Positions 51,012 through 64,000 of a DNA stretch of 64,000 bases are shown here, in pieces. The first letter of the stretch is position 1. Every line of letters begins with the position of its first letter. Position numbers and translations under genes: made by a program. This DNA is from Octopus vulgaris. Taxonomy: Eukaryota. The stretch is taken from the NCBI GenBank assembly GCA_951406725.2, contig CATOCA020000001.1, positions 1,736,001 to 1,800,000 on the forward strand, written 5' to 3'. Under the pieces are notes generated by a model. That model searched no databases, had not been told where the DNA came from, and was given only the letters and a program-made list of their open reading frames with translations.

Positions 51012-54000
51012 TTTTTTTTTCTTCTTTCAAATTTGTTTCCATTTCTTGCCGAGTGTCTTCCCGACTCCTAGGGCAAAGAAACTCATAGTATACATTGGTA
51101 GGCCATTAAACCAAACTCAGTAGTTCGTTTTTTTTTTTTTAAAGTTAAATTAAAATACATGAGCAGCAACAGTTCTTACATCGACAATGCTCTTCTCAAT
51201 ACGTGTGATGTACCAGTTAAGACAATCTTTTGCACTTCTTGCAGGGATGGTAAGCCAGGGATCATTCTCATATAATTTTCGGTTCCCTTCTTGATCATTC
51301 CTAGTGCTCCTACGATCACTGGTATTGTAACCGCCTTGAGATGCCACATTTTCTCAATTTCAATGAGTAGGTCTTTATATTTTCTGAGCTTGTCAAACTC
51401 TTTCGCTGAGATATTATGATCACAGGGGATGCTCATGTCGATCAATAAGCAAACTTTATTGTTTTGGTCTTTCACAACAATATCTGGTTTATTGGCCTTG
51501 ATGGTTCGGTCTGTATGTACTGGAAAGTCCCACAGAATGGTTACATTTTCTCCTTCAGTTACAGCCTCAGGGTGGTGATTATACCACTTGTCGGCAGTTT
51601 TGATATTGTAATGCCGACTTATTAGCCAGTGGAGATATTGGCCAACTCTGTCATGTCTTAATTTATACTCCACTGGTGCTAAGACTTTACATCCAGAGAT
51701 TAGGTGGTCCACTGTTTCAATCATGTCGTTGCAGAATCGGCATTTTGGGTCTGCTCCATTTTTCATCACATTGGCCTGGTAGTTCCGGGTTAATAGGCTT
51801 TGATCTTGAGCAGCCAGGATGAAACCTTCGCTCTCTGCTTTTAGCCCTGAGCTCCGTAGCCACTGATGGGTTTGCTTCTGGTCAACATCAGCTTGTTTGC
51901 TGCGGGTCACATATTTGCCGTGCAGAGGTTTCTCCTCCCACCTATCAGCCAATTGCTCGTGCGCTTTTTTCATTGCCATCATTTTCACCTTCTTTGCAAC
52001 AATAGTTGCCGTACTTCCCTCGGGTTGTTCAGTTTGGGTATCCTGCACGAGATCAATAGCAAATTTTTGCTTTCCTTGATGATAGAATGAAGCTTCTTTC
52101 GTCTCTCGTGATTTTCCACGAGCTTTAGCATCCAGTCATTCGATATTTCGAGATATTTGGCCAGTCCAATTGTGGTTGTTTTGTAAGCTAGTTCAAATTG
52201 GATCAGGCCTCGACCTCCTTGGGCTCTGGGAAGGTAAAGGCGATCTACGTCTGCCTTTGGGTGGTGCATCCTATTACAACTCAGCAGCTTGCGTATTTTT
52301 CTATCTATATTCTTTACTTCACTCATATTCCAGTTCAACACATTGTAGCTCTAAGTAACAACTGGAACTGCTAAGGAATTTATAGCTAACACCTTGTTAC
52401 GTGCATTTAGTTCAGATTTCAGGACTGCACGAACTCTCCTATAACATTCCTTCCTGATTTTCTCTTTCATGCTTGCATGCTGAATACCAGAGCCTTCATT
52501 TATCCCTAAATATTTGTATGTTTGTTCTTGCTCAAGCTCTCTTATGACTGTGTCAACATCTAACACGACTGAATTTGTGGTCTTCACTTTCCCTTTCTGG
52601 AAAGTGGCCTTGTCACACTTCTCAAGTCCAAACTCCATCCCTATGTCATCGCTGAATGCTTTCACGGTGCGCAATAGGCCTTCAAGTTCATTATTGTCTT
52701 TACCATAAAGTTTTAAGTCATCCATATAAAATACATGGCTTATTTTTTTATTGGCAATTTTATACCCATACCCTGTTCTGTTTAATTCACTTGTAAGGGG
52801 TATTAGGGCTATGCAGAATATTAAAGGTGAAAGTGAGTCACCTTGAAAAATTCCACAGTTGATGTTTATATTTTCTGAGGCAAGTACTCCATTAGAGTGG
52901 TGTAATTGGAGATTCGTATTCCACAACGACATATTGTGCTTCAGGAAGTTTGAAATCACAGGGGAAACTTTGAAGATGTCCAGCGATCTCAAGATCCATG
53001 GATGCGGTATACTGTCGAAGGCCTTTTTGTAGTCAATCCATGCGGTGCTGAGATTTCTGAGCTTGTTGTGACAGTTCTCAAGGATCATACGATTGATTAG
53101 CAGTTGATCTTTGCATCCGTAAGAGCCTCGGCGGCACCCTTTTTGTTCAATGGGGAAAATATCGTTCTTCTCCATGAATGCATATGTTTTCTCCGCCAGG
53201 ATAGATGTTAGGATTTTATACGTGGTGGATAGACAGGTTATAGGCCGATAGTTTTTGGAAGGTTGGTTTCGTTATTCTTTGGGAGTAGGTAAGTAATGCC
53301 ACTTGCTAACCATTCAGGTGTTTTCTTTGGGTCTCTCATAATTCCATTGAGCAGCTGAACTAGCTTACCGTGTGCGCATGGGAGCGATGCGAGCCAGAAA
53401 TTCGGCACCCTATCTTTACCGGGGGATTTCCAATTATGGGCCTTCGTGAGTGCCTTTCTTAGGTCTGCTATTGTGATGTCTTCCCATGATTGTTGTTGTA
53501 AATTTTGGTAGGATCTTTCAGTTTGTATAATCCAGTCTGCATTTATGTTGTACGTCTTCTTGTCACTCCAAATCCTTTTCCAAAAGTTTTGAACTTCTTC
53601 CATGGGAGGGGGTTCTTTAGCGGTTACTTTCTCCTTCCCTATTTCTCTGTAGAATTTTTTGGCATTGGATGTGAACAGCTTATTTTGCTTGTAAAACTTG
53701 TTTCTCTTCTCAAATCTTCGTATTCTTTGGGCTTTTGCTTGGACTTTTTGTTTCAGCGTTTCTTTTATTGATATCAGTTCTTCTCTTGGTGAGGATCCAA
53801 ATTTTCTCTTCATCTTTCTTCCTGTTCTGGATCTTACATCATTTCCACATATTAGTTCATTTAATATTGATATTTCCCCTCTCATAAATTCAATCGCTTT
53901 TTCAATTTTACTTCTCCAGGTTTGATTTCTTCCCAGGTTTTGTTTTCTTTGTTTTTTCGGGGGCATACAGCTGGTTTCAATTGCCCTAGCAGAAGCGTAA

Positions 54001-55260
54001 ATAATTTCATTTAACTCAGTAAAATCAGGTTTTAATTCTCGTATTATTTCATTTGTTACATAGTTGCCAATTTGGATTTGTTTTTTATTTTGGTTTGTAT
54101 TTGAGAGTTTATGAAGCGGTTCTCTGTCATTCATACTTGTATGTCTTACAACTTCAAGCGTATTCAGGATTTTCTGCCTCATTTCTGCCATAGACTCTCT
54201 GTGTTCTTCAGCAAATGCGAGATCTTCAGTTACTGTTGTTTTTTCGTTTTCCTGGCTATCTTTAACAGGTACAATAGAATTTCTTGTATCTTCAGGCCTT
54301 TGCGTACTTTGGTCAGATGGCAGTCTTTCAATTAAGCCTCGTGGCGGGCTATACTGTTCATCTGATTCTTCATTTCCTTTGTGTCTTATATTTATGTCAT
54401 TTTCCGTTGCGTGCTTGATCGCGTTTATTTCACTGTCTGTGAGTCTGTTATTTCTAAGGATATCCCTCCTCACATTTGCTAATTTGTTCTCGTCCAAATA
54501 GGGCCTACTGTCTTGATTCCGTGTTCTCCATATACTGTAAGAGTTTGCGGTGTGTCTCTCTTGAGATGGCCTACCTAATGCATAGTAATAAGCGTATATT
54601 ACTTCTTTATACTCTTCTCGGGTCCATTTGTTCCGCTTACATTTTTCTTTGTGGTGGTTGTGGTGGTGAACTTGGAGGGCTCGAGTTGGGGGATTTCCCG
54701 TTCAAGTGACCATCCATGTCCGTATTCGGAGAAGAGTTTGTGCCAGTTGATGACTTTTCGATCCCAGGCTGGCTCTTCCCTGGGGGACGCGCTTCCAGAT
54801 TAACCATAGGACAAGCGATTTGGTATACTGATTTAGTTTCCCTTTTAGTTTCCAAAAACATTTTGGTGCTACGATAATGTTATCATTTTTTAGCTTTGAT
54901 TGGCTCGTGGGGAGACGGCCATCATTGTCGTTACAATTATAATCGTACCATTATTGCAGCCGTAGTCGGCTTATTATTGTTATTATCATCACCATTACCA
55001 TCACTATCATCATTATCACCACCATTACCATCATCATTATCTTCATCACCATCACCATCACCACCATCATCATCAATGATATTGTTTTATGTGTAGTCAC
55101 AGCAGTATCTTATTATTGTTATTTTTGATTTTTTTATCATTATCACCATCACAGTAGTGTCTGTCTGTCTCGTTGGCTGGCTTGGTGGTTGGCTGGCTGA
55201 CTGTCTTCAACACCAGAGTTCTTGCCTGTCAAATAATACTTTCTTTGTGTTGGTTGAACT
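51011..55260 (-). mobile_element. R4/Dong-type non-LTR retrotransposon (RT plus restriction-like endonuclease), near full length, disrupted ORF 54861-51176
   Basis: KSPGKD, EQKGCRRGSYGCKDQL, DYKKAFDS, QGDSLSP, YMDD, CRFC...HLISGC, KPDIVV...D...K..KY. At least three frameshifts and a TAG at 52351-52353. 3' end abuts (ATT)n; 5' boundary approximate. Confidence 0.9.
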
Positions 55261-55424
55261 CTTTGAGTGTGTGTGTGTGTAGATAGATAGATAGATTATC
55301 AGCACTATTACTATCATTATTATCATCATCACCATCATCACCATCACCATCAGTGATATTTTTTTTTTTTAGGTGGGGTCCTATCGGTCAAAAAAAGTTC
55401 AGATGTTTACTACTATTAGGCTTA

Positions 55425-56475
55425 AGAAAAATTAAGGAAGGGCTGTTCTGTATTGTTTGTGAATAGAAAACTTGTGTTCGACCAGAGAGAATCTTAGCAT
55501 CATCATTTTTTTGTTCCATGTGCGTTCGTGTTATTGCAATAAAACGTGTTTGTATATTTCCTCTAAGGTAATATTGTGGAGGTTGAAGTTGACTTTTCTA
55601 GAGATGTTTGTATGTCCAGTTAGAAGAACAGGTGTGTTTTTACAATAAAAAGTATATGTTTACATTTATATTTGAATATTCAGGGAGGAAGCAAAGAAAA
55701 GTCAGATTTTCATAGAAAGTTTTAGGGTTTTGTAAGTCCACAAAAAGAAAAGCGTGATGTTTTTAGAGAGAAGAAAAAAAGAAAAAAAGGATGTTTACAG
55801 AGGCAATTGTGGGTATCAAAGTTTTTAAAGCTGGTCGAATGTATGATTGAAAACTGTAGACATGTAAATTTGTAAATTTTCTTAACTTATTTTGAAGGGC
55901 TGTTCTGTATTATTTGTGAATAGAGAAGTTGTGTTCGACCAGAGAGAATCTTAGCATCATTATTTTTTCCATGTGCGTTTGTGTTATTGCAATAAAAAGT
56001 GTTTGTATATTTCGTGCTTATTTTGAAGGGCTGTTCTGTATTATTTGTGAATAGAGAAGTTGTGTTCGACCAGAGAGAATCTTAGCGTCATTATTTTTTC
56101 CATGTGCGTTTGTGTTATTGCAATAAAAAGTGTTTGTATATTTCGTGCAAGGTAATATTGTGGAGGTTGAAGTTGACCCCTCTAGAGATGTTTGTATGTC
56201 CAGTTAGAAGAACAGGTGTGTTTTTGCAATAAAGAGTATACGTTTACATTTATATTTGAATATTCTGGGAGGAAGCAAAGAAAAGTCAGATTTTCATAGA
56301 AAGTTTTAGGGTTTTGCAAGTCCACAAAAAGAAAAGCGTGATGTTTTTAGAGAGAAGAAAAAAAAGGGTGCTTACACAGAGGCAGTTGTGGGTATTAAAG
56401 TTTTTAAAGCCGATCGGATGTATGTTTGAAAGCTGCAGATATGTAAATTTGTAAATTTCTTAACCCACTTTGAAG
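55425..56475. repeat. Tandem duplication of a ~470-bp segment with an extra ~130-bp internal repeat
   Basis: GAAGGGCTGTTCTGTATT...GTGTTCGACCAGAGAGAATCTTAGC recurs near 55437, 55893 and 56024. Confidence 0.9.
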
Positions 56476-56850
56476 ATAATTTCAAATACCCACGAGGTAT
56501 TGTAGATGTTCCAGTCTTTGAGAGTTATTTTTCCTCGTTGCTAAACTGGCCCATATTAGTGTTTCTATGGCTTTCAGCCACCGAACTGTCAGAGCAGTGA
56601 GGAACACGTCCAGTATTATTATTATTATTACTAGTATTATTATTATTACTATTAATATTATTATTATTATTGTTAATAATACACAGGGTTAATACTACAC
56701 ACCATACAGTTATCATTGGGGCATATGTTAGAGCGCCGAGCTTATGATCATGAGGTTGTGGGTCGTATTCTTGAGCAAGACACTTTATTTCATGTTGCTC
56801 CAGTTCACTCAACTGTAGAAATAAGTTGTAATTCACTGGCGCCAAGCCAT

Positions 56851-56909
56851 ATCATGCTGAAGAGGGAAATGAATTTTACGCCATTCTAATCCTGAAACGC
56901 GTACACGAT
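56851..56909 (+). ncRNA. Type I hammerhead ribozyme motif
   Basis: ATCATG-CTGAAGA-GGGA...TCCT-GAAA-CGCG-TA-CACGAT: canonical core, palindromic stem III. Confidence 0.8.
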
Positions 56910-58135
56910 TAATTAAGGCTGGTTAGTTTCGTTATTTTTTCTTCTTTTTGCCTATGTCAGATACGAGTATAACTGTCTGTGGAGACATATTGTAGTAGAA
57001 GAATTAGTAGATTTGACTGCTAATTCTAAATTTCGGTATGCGGTGAAGCCACTTTTGCTGATCCCTTAATTATGTTTATAATTATTAAAAAAAAACTTTT
57101 TGTATAAGTTTTTACCAATAATGGGTTTTTTTCCATACCGAACTACTTGGTAAAATTATTAATTATTAATTTTATTAATAAATTAATAATTCTTTACCCT
57201 ATATCTATAATGGTAATTCACTCCCCGATAGTAGACTGCAGATTTCTGCGGTGCTGCTTGTGACGCACATGGTGAACTTTTTTCATTTTTTTTTTGCCTA
57301 TGTGAGTTACGAGTATTGCTACCTGTGGAGACATTATTAATAAATTAATGATTCTTTACCATATATCTATAATGATATGATATGATATACATGTATACAC
57401 GCGCGTATGTTCAGAACAGTGTAAATTCAGTATCACTGTTCTCGTTATGTAGCTGGCTTGTCGAGTTATTCCGTAGTTCCAAAGTTGTCTTGCAGGATTT
57501 TGAACACTTGGCGATGGGTTTGAATTATGAAGCTGTTATTTTTCCCCGTAGTTAATTTGTAATCCATATGTACAGTTTCTATCGTAACCTGCTATAGTAT
57601 GTTTGTTTGTGCGCAAGCATCTAGCCAATCTCTCAAACAATCGATCAATAATGTCATCCGTCGTCAACAGTAAAGACAACGATTCTTCGGAATATAGTCG
57701 GAGTTTGCTGGACAGAGTGTCGTATGGACAACTCAGGTCATGTTTAAGCTTAAAGAATTTAAGTTGAACACATTGACCCCAGGAGTGATTTTTATGTAAA
57801 AATCCGGTACTTATTCTATCGACGGCTATTATTCGAACCCCAAAATTAAGGGATTATATACACCAATACTGGTTGTGAAGCAGTGGTGGGGTCAAATGTA
57901 GGCATAAACACACATACACACACGCACGCATTCACACAAAAGCGCATGCACACACATATGCACACACATATAAAAGCGCCTTCTTTCTGTTCCCACCTAC
58001 CGCATCCACTCAAAAGGCTTTGATAGTGCCGAGGCTGTAATAGAAGATATTTGTCCAAAGTCGTACGCAGTGGGGCAGAACCCGGAATCATGTGGTTGAG
58101 AAGCAAACTCCTTACCACACAGCCACAGATAAAAC

Positions 58136-58531
58136 ATTTATTGATTTTAAGATATTTATTGATTTTAAGATATTTATTGATTTTAAGATATTTATTGATT
58201 TTAAGATATTTATTGATTTTAAGATATTTATTGATTTTAAGATATTTATTGATTTTAAGATATTTATTGATTTTAAGATATTTATTGATTTTAAGATATT
58301 TATTGATTTTAGGATATTTATTGATTTTAAGATATTTATTGATTTTAAGATATTTATTGATTTTAAGATATTTATTGATTTTAAGATATTTATTGATTTT
58401 AAGATATTTATTGATTTTAAGATATTTATTGATTTTAAGATATTTATTGATTTTAAGATATTTATTGATTTTAAGATATTTATTGATTTTAAGATATTTA
58501 TTGATTTTAGGATATTTATTGATTTTAAGAT
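58136..58531. repeat. 18-bp minisatellite (ATTTATTGATTTTAAGAT) x ~22
   Basis: Directly visible tandem array. Confidence 0.97.
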
Positions 58532-58658
58532 CCCCTTTATTTTCTGACTGAGCCAGCCACCAACACACACAGTCGTAGTTCTTATTTATGCATTGAGTGA
58601 GTGTTTTAGAGTTTGCTTCAATAAATAAAATATTAATTGTTTTTCTTCATTATTTCAG

Positions 58659-58779
58659 AAAACTATGGGATTTAATGAGTTCAAAGATTTTAGTAAGCCT
58701 GTGCTCTTCTTTGGCTGTCACTTATTTTATCTTCCTTGTCGGGATGCAATCATACGTACAAACAATGGCTGGTTGTAAG
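58659..58779 (+). CDS. Adhesion GPCR exon, ICL1-TM2 (KLWDLMSSKILVSLCSSL...AGCK)
   Basis: ttcAG / GTAAGC, phase 2 to 0, KILxxLCxSL motif. Confidence 0.92.
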
Positions 58780-58900
58780 GTAAGCGAAAAGACTTCCCAG
58801 CCATTATATATTTTGTTTTGTGTTAAGCGTTATGAACAACAGTCTATTACTTCAAATGCATTTTAACCTCTCTAACCCAGACGGCACAGCTCTTACTAAA

Positions 58901-58902
<2 letters not shown>

Positions 58903-58944
<42 letters not shown>

Positions 58945-58968
58945 TATTATTATTATTATTAATATTAC

Positions 58969-59044
<76 letters not shown>

Positions 59045-59045
59045 T

Positions 59046-59076
<31 letters not shown>

Positions 59077-59129
59077 ATTATTATTATTATTATTATTATT
59101 AATTTTATTATTATTATTATTACTATTAC

Positions 59130-59163
<34 letters not shown>

Positions 59164-59213
59164 ATTATTATTATTATTATTACTATTACTATTATTATTA
59201 TTATTATTATTAA

Positions 59214-59258
<45 letters not shown>

Positions 59259-59303
59259 TACTATTACTATTATTATTATTATTATTATTACTACTACTAC
59301 TAC

Positions 59304-59339
<36 letters not shown>

Positions 59340-59395
59340 TATTATTATTATTATTATAATTATTAATATTATTATTATCATCATTATTATTATTA
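58903..59395. repeat. (ATT)n microsatellite
   Basis: Directly visible; similar trinucleotide tracts at 35470-35720, 36045-36325, 48920-49055 and 50430-51010. Confidence 0.97.
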
Positions 59396-59396
59396 A

Positions 59397-59786
59397 GGCG
59401 GCGAGCTGGCAGAAACGTTAGCACGCCGGACGAAATGCTTTGCGTTATTCCGTCTGTCGTTACGTTGTGAGTTCAAATTCCGCCGAGGTCGACTTTGCCT
59501 TTCATCCTTTCGGGGTCGATAAATTAAGTACCAGTTACGCACTGGGGTCGATATAATCGACTTAATACCTATGTCCCTCCTTGTTTGCCCCCTCTATGTT
59601 TAGCCCTTGTGGGTAATAAATAAATAGGTATTTCTCCTGCTGCTACATTCTGGGTTAAAATTCGCCTGAGGCCACCTTTGATTTTCAGCCTTTCGTGGTC
59701 GATAAATTAAGTACCTGTACTGGGGTTGATCTAATCGACTTAACCTCTCCTCACAAATTCCAAGCCTTGTGCTTATGATAGAAAGG

Positions 59787-59821
<35 letters not shown>

Positions 59822-60310
59822 GTTTATTTTTATTATTATTAAGGCGGCGAACTGGCAGAATCGTTAGCATACCGGGCAAAATGTTAGCGGCATTTTGGCA
59901 GTCGCTACACTCTCAGTTCAAATTCCACCGAGGTGGACTTTGCCTTTCATCCTTTCGAGTCAATAAATTTGCAGTGAGACAATGGGGTCGATATCACCGA
60001 CTAGTCCCCCCACTCCCAAATTTAAGGCCTTGTGTCTTTATTAGAAAGGATTTCTATTATAATTATGAATGTTTTACTTCTCAAAGATGTCGGTCTAACT
60101 TGCTCTGGTTGATTCTGTGAGAATGGAAAGTATTGACAGTGAACATTAAGTTTTGTGTCAAAACTTCAGCAGGCGTCTATTTTGGGTTTCATCCTTTCTG
60201 GGTTCGTAAACCTAAAATACCAACGAAGTACTGACATTGATATAGTTAACCCTATACCAACACCCAACAAAACAATATCTATTTAAGACCATGTATCAAT
60301 CTCAGAAATC
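59397..60310 (+). mobile_element. SINE family B, tandem copies separated by (ATT)n
   Basis: Copies start at about 59397 and 59843, a degenerate one near 60130, and a further head at 61121-61195. Confidence 0.85.
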
Positions 60311-60346
60311 ATTAACCTGTTGTCGTCGTTGTTGTTGTTGTTGCTA

Positions 60347-60410
<64 letters not shown>

Positions 60411-60442
60411 TTTTGTTGTTTTTGTTGTTGTTGTTGTTGTAG

Positions 60443-60587
60443 GTAGTAGCTGGCTTTTTACACTACTTCCTCCTGACATCTCTCGCGTGCATGAGTGTTG
60501 AAGCTTTCCATGTCTTCCTAAGTGTGGTCGTTGTATTCAAAACATGCGAGACGTCTTTTATGAAGAAGAGTTCAATTTTGGCTTGGG
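60443..60587 (+). CDS. Adhesion GPCR exon, TM3-ICL2 (VVAGFLHYFLLTSLACMSVEAFH...ILAWG)
   Basis: tgtAG / GTATGT, phase 0 to 1, LHYFxL..MxxE and WG motifs. Confidence 0.93.
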
Positions 60588-60688
60588 GTATGTATAATGG
60601 CTTTCTGGTTTTCTGTCTCAAACTTTATATCTTACACACATATTCTTTCTCTTCTCTCTCCTTCTCTCTCTCCTTCTGTCTCCCCCTT

Positions 60689-60781
<93 letters not shown>

Positions 60782-62477
60782 CATTCTCCACATTTCAGTT
60801 TTGTATTTGAAATTACTTGATAGGAAAAAGATTTACTTGAAAGATTCGAGACCAGCATATCTCTTGGTCTTATTCATTTCATTGAACCAAAAATGTTGAA
60901 GGGAAAAGCTAACCTAGATAGAACTTGAACTGTGGATGCTAAACAGTGTAACCATGTTCCTTGGATTTAATTTACTGTTAGTTATCAGTAGGGGTTCCGT
61001 TTATTTTTCGTATTACTTTAATCTAACTTTACAGAAATCATTTACAATCCCATCAAGGATCGTGCTCTATTTTCTTGAATCTTCTTCATCATTATCAATC
61101 TTTCACTATTTAAAAGCACTAAGGCGGCGAGCTGGCAGAAACGTTAGTACGCCGGGTGAAATGCTTAGCGGCATTTCGTTCTGAGTTCAAATCCAGGAGC
61201 ACTGAACTTTCACTGTAAACTTCTCTACCCTACTGTTGTAGTTTGGCGCTAATTTAGAACTGATTAGGCAGACCTATAATTGACAACGTTCTGTCGATAA
61301 TTATATGGTCAATATATCAAATACTACATTATCTAATTTGTTCTTCCATTTAGCAAGAGTGTAGAATGGGATCTAAAGTAATTTAGCTACTCTTTCTAAC
61401 ACGTCGAGAAAATCATGGACACTTAGAAATTATTTGACGGTTTAATTTTTGTAATACTATCGTGTAACGTACGTAAATGTCCAGGTTATGGTGGATGACT
61501 ATATATCGTGCGTTGAATATGGAGTGAGATTTTAAGCTAAAATCCAGATGAACCAATGGATACACGGACTCCGAGTTCTGGTGGAGTCACATTTTATGCT
61601 AAACATTCTTAGCTAATATTTTCATTCCAGTGGAGAGATGACTCATTAGATTTGAAGCTATCATAAAATAATCAAATATCTCCTTCATTCAGTGTTTTTA
61701 CTTGTATAATTTACTTGTAAATTCAAAATATATCATGTTTTGGAGAATGACACAAAAAGGATAATTGTTTTAACAACTTGGAACAAGGAAAATGGCAGTT
61801 AGCTAAATAACTCAATGAATAATCAGCGTGGTAGTTCAGTCAAGAATAAAGACAAATGAATGATTTGATTTTTATGTGAAACGTAATGGGTTAGCTGTTC
61901 ATCATTTGGGATTGAATAGATTGGTAAACTGTTGAGGTGTTGCAAGAAGTTGAAAAGAGATGCAAACGCGTGGATACAAAGATGAATGAAATATAATATT
62001 TATACATCCGTGATGAAATGTAAACTATAGAGAACTAAAGCACCCACTCCTTGTTCTAGTCTGTTGGGTAGGCTAAAGTTATTTGAATTTTCATGCAAAT
62101 GATTGCAGTCTGATCTCGTCTCTAGACAAAACCTAAGAGTAATCCATTTTGCACTTTTACCTGACATACGAAGTAATATGTGAAGATGGTGAGCGAATTT
62201 TTGTTGTCCCTCATGCCATTTAATCTTCAAACGTTCTCCAGAACTTTTCAGATTTTATTTTTGTTTTCCATTGAAACATATTCTTGAAAGAAGCCAAGAA
62301 GATAAGGAGCAAATGGTAAGCAGGGACCAGTGTGTGATACGAAGTAGAATATTGATTTGTTTTAAACTAGACAATTTTTCTGAACGAAAACATAGTCAAC
62401 AAAATTCATTCAAATGTCATATGATAATGATTTTAAATATTAATTAATATCTTCATTTCTGTAAATTTCGTTGTCAG

Positions 62478-62550
62478 GTCTTCCAGCAGTCATCGTTACA
62501 ATTACCCTGGCAATTAATAACACAGACAATTACACCAAAATCGCAGAGGT
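62478..62550 (+). CDS. Adhesion GPCR exon, TM4-ECL2 (LPAVIVTITLAINNTDNYTKIAEV); gene continues beyond the window
   Basis: gtcAG / GTAAGT, phase 1 to 2, completes the WG-LP motif. Confidence 0.9.
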
Positions 62551-62611
62551 GTAAGTATTTCTCTTTTTCATCCATCTTATTTTCTCTGCTCAACTAAATT
62601 TATTGCTAGAT

Positions 62612-62949
62612 TTACTCTTTTACTTGTTTCAGTCATTTGACTGCGGCCATGCTGGAGCACCGCCTTTAATCGAGCAACTCGACCCCGGGACTTATTCTTT
62701 GTAAGCCCAGTACTTATTCTATCGGTCTCTTTTTGCCGAACCGCTAAGTGACGGGGACGTAAACACACCAGCATCGGTTGTCAAGCAATGCTAGGGGGAC
62801 AAACACAGACACACAAACATATACACACACACTTATATATATATACATATATACGACAGGCTTCTTTCAGTTTCCGTCTACCAAATCCACTCACAAGGCA
62901 TTGGTCGGCCCGGGGCTAGAGTAGAAGACACTTGCCCAAGATGCCACGA
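62612..62949 (-). mobile_element. SINE family A, 5'-truncated, intronic
   Basis: Near-identical to 8731-9065. Confidence 0.9.
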
Positions 62950-63299
62950 TTTATTTATACTTTTAATATTGTAGAATAGTAGGTCATCTAGCACCAAGGT
63001 AAAGCCACGACTTTGATTGCTGGTGGTAAACCTAATTCACTATCATCTACCTAGTGTGGATAAAATTCCCGAGATCCATGGACGAGTTCTCTCTAGCAGT
63101 TCTTGTCCTTCAATCATCGCTGCTATGTCCTGCGTCTCCCAGAGTCCAGTGTCCGTCCTTAGGACATCAGCATGTGTCATTCTCGGTCTCCCTCCTCTAG
63201 TGTGTACATGTACGGAGCACTGATTGCCGTATCAACTCTGAATGACAGTGAGCATCTCTAGCTAACCTCAGTCTCCTCCTCTGTGTTATTTTCGAGCTA

Positions 63300-63790
63300 A
63301 ATTTTGGGAGGCGCTCGTACATCTATCACTTCTTCATCATCAGTATATACTGATTAATATTCAGAGCCATCATCAGCATTCTCTTGTAGCACCCATCCAC
63401 CAGCTTGTTGCTGGTTGTTTATTTTCCTGGATATTTGCTGTATAGAGAGTGTGTTGTGTTTGTGGATCGTTTTGTTTGTAGTATTGAATTGATAATATCT
63501 TGCGTACGATATGGGCTGTTCCTAGCACGACTATGTTTTGGGAAGTGTATAGTACTGAATTGTCCAAAACTAGCTTCCACGATTTTGTTCATATGTTTTT
63601 ATCATGTCTACTGCTACAGATATTACTGGTACTGTTTTCCCCTTCATACCCCACAACTTTTTTTTTCTTCAATTTCGAGATCTTTGCACTCTGCCAATAT
63701 CTCCATAACTTTTGCGGAAAATATTTTGGTCATTGCAATGTCTATCAATGTATATGGATATATATTAATATATAAACAAAAATGCTAGTC
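63300..63790 (-). mobile_element. Degenerate R4/Dong-type RLE LINE 3' fragment
   Basis: Minus-strand QNIVVLGTAHIVRKIL and a KDLEIE-like segment. Confidence 0.65.
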
Positions 63791-64000
63791 CTAAAATCTC
63801 TTTAAGGAATCAACACAGTAGTTGTACTGAGAAGTAATATTCGTAGCCACTTTAACATGGCTGTCCGTTCGAGCGGACTCTACTGCGATTTTTTAAACCC
63901 AAAAGTACATCTCTATGTGGTTAACGATTCACAGCTGCATCCGATGAATTGCGAGCACGGGAGTGAACTCCTAACACCTTCTAGCATCGAGACCAGTGGA

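Noticed and set aside
58136-58531. CRISPR-like array, or a KINKYL-repeat protein
   Set aside because: Pure tandem repeat with no spacers and no cas genes; the ORFs arise because the 18-bp unit is stop-free in several frames.

Overview
AT-rich, microsatellite-saturated eukaryotic DNA. The SINE/LINE complement and repeat style suggest a coleoid cephalopod such as Octopus (inference). One host gene is supported: a + strand, multi-exon adhesion GPCR with 10 exons from 33549 to 62550 (GAIN/GPS, then TM1-TM4, continuing past the window end). Its GPS site reads RL|K instead of HL|T/S and one exon is 1 nt short. The rest is mostly mobile DNA: a near full-length Tx1-clade LINE in an (ATCT)n tract, a near full-length R4/Dong-type RLE LINE next to (ATT)n, CR1/L2-type LINE 3' parts, Penelope-like fragments, mariner/Tc1 remnants and a MITE, Helitron remnants, and at least four tRNA-SINE families. 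Most notable: (1) six hammerhead-ribozyme motifs in Penelope-like islands, mostly within (TA)n; (2) a ~270-bp block ~98% identical between two otherwise diverged segmental duplicates, carrying a 45-codon Cys-rich ORF, hairpins and a U12-type branch-point motif; (3) a ~580-bp inverted duplication bracketing a GPCR exon; (4) SINE tails matching the 3' ends of the CR1-type and Tx1 LINEs in this window. Everything was read by eye; TE boundaries are approximate and no database search was run.
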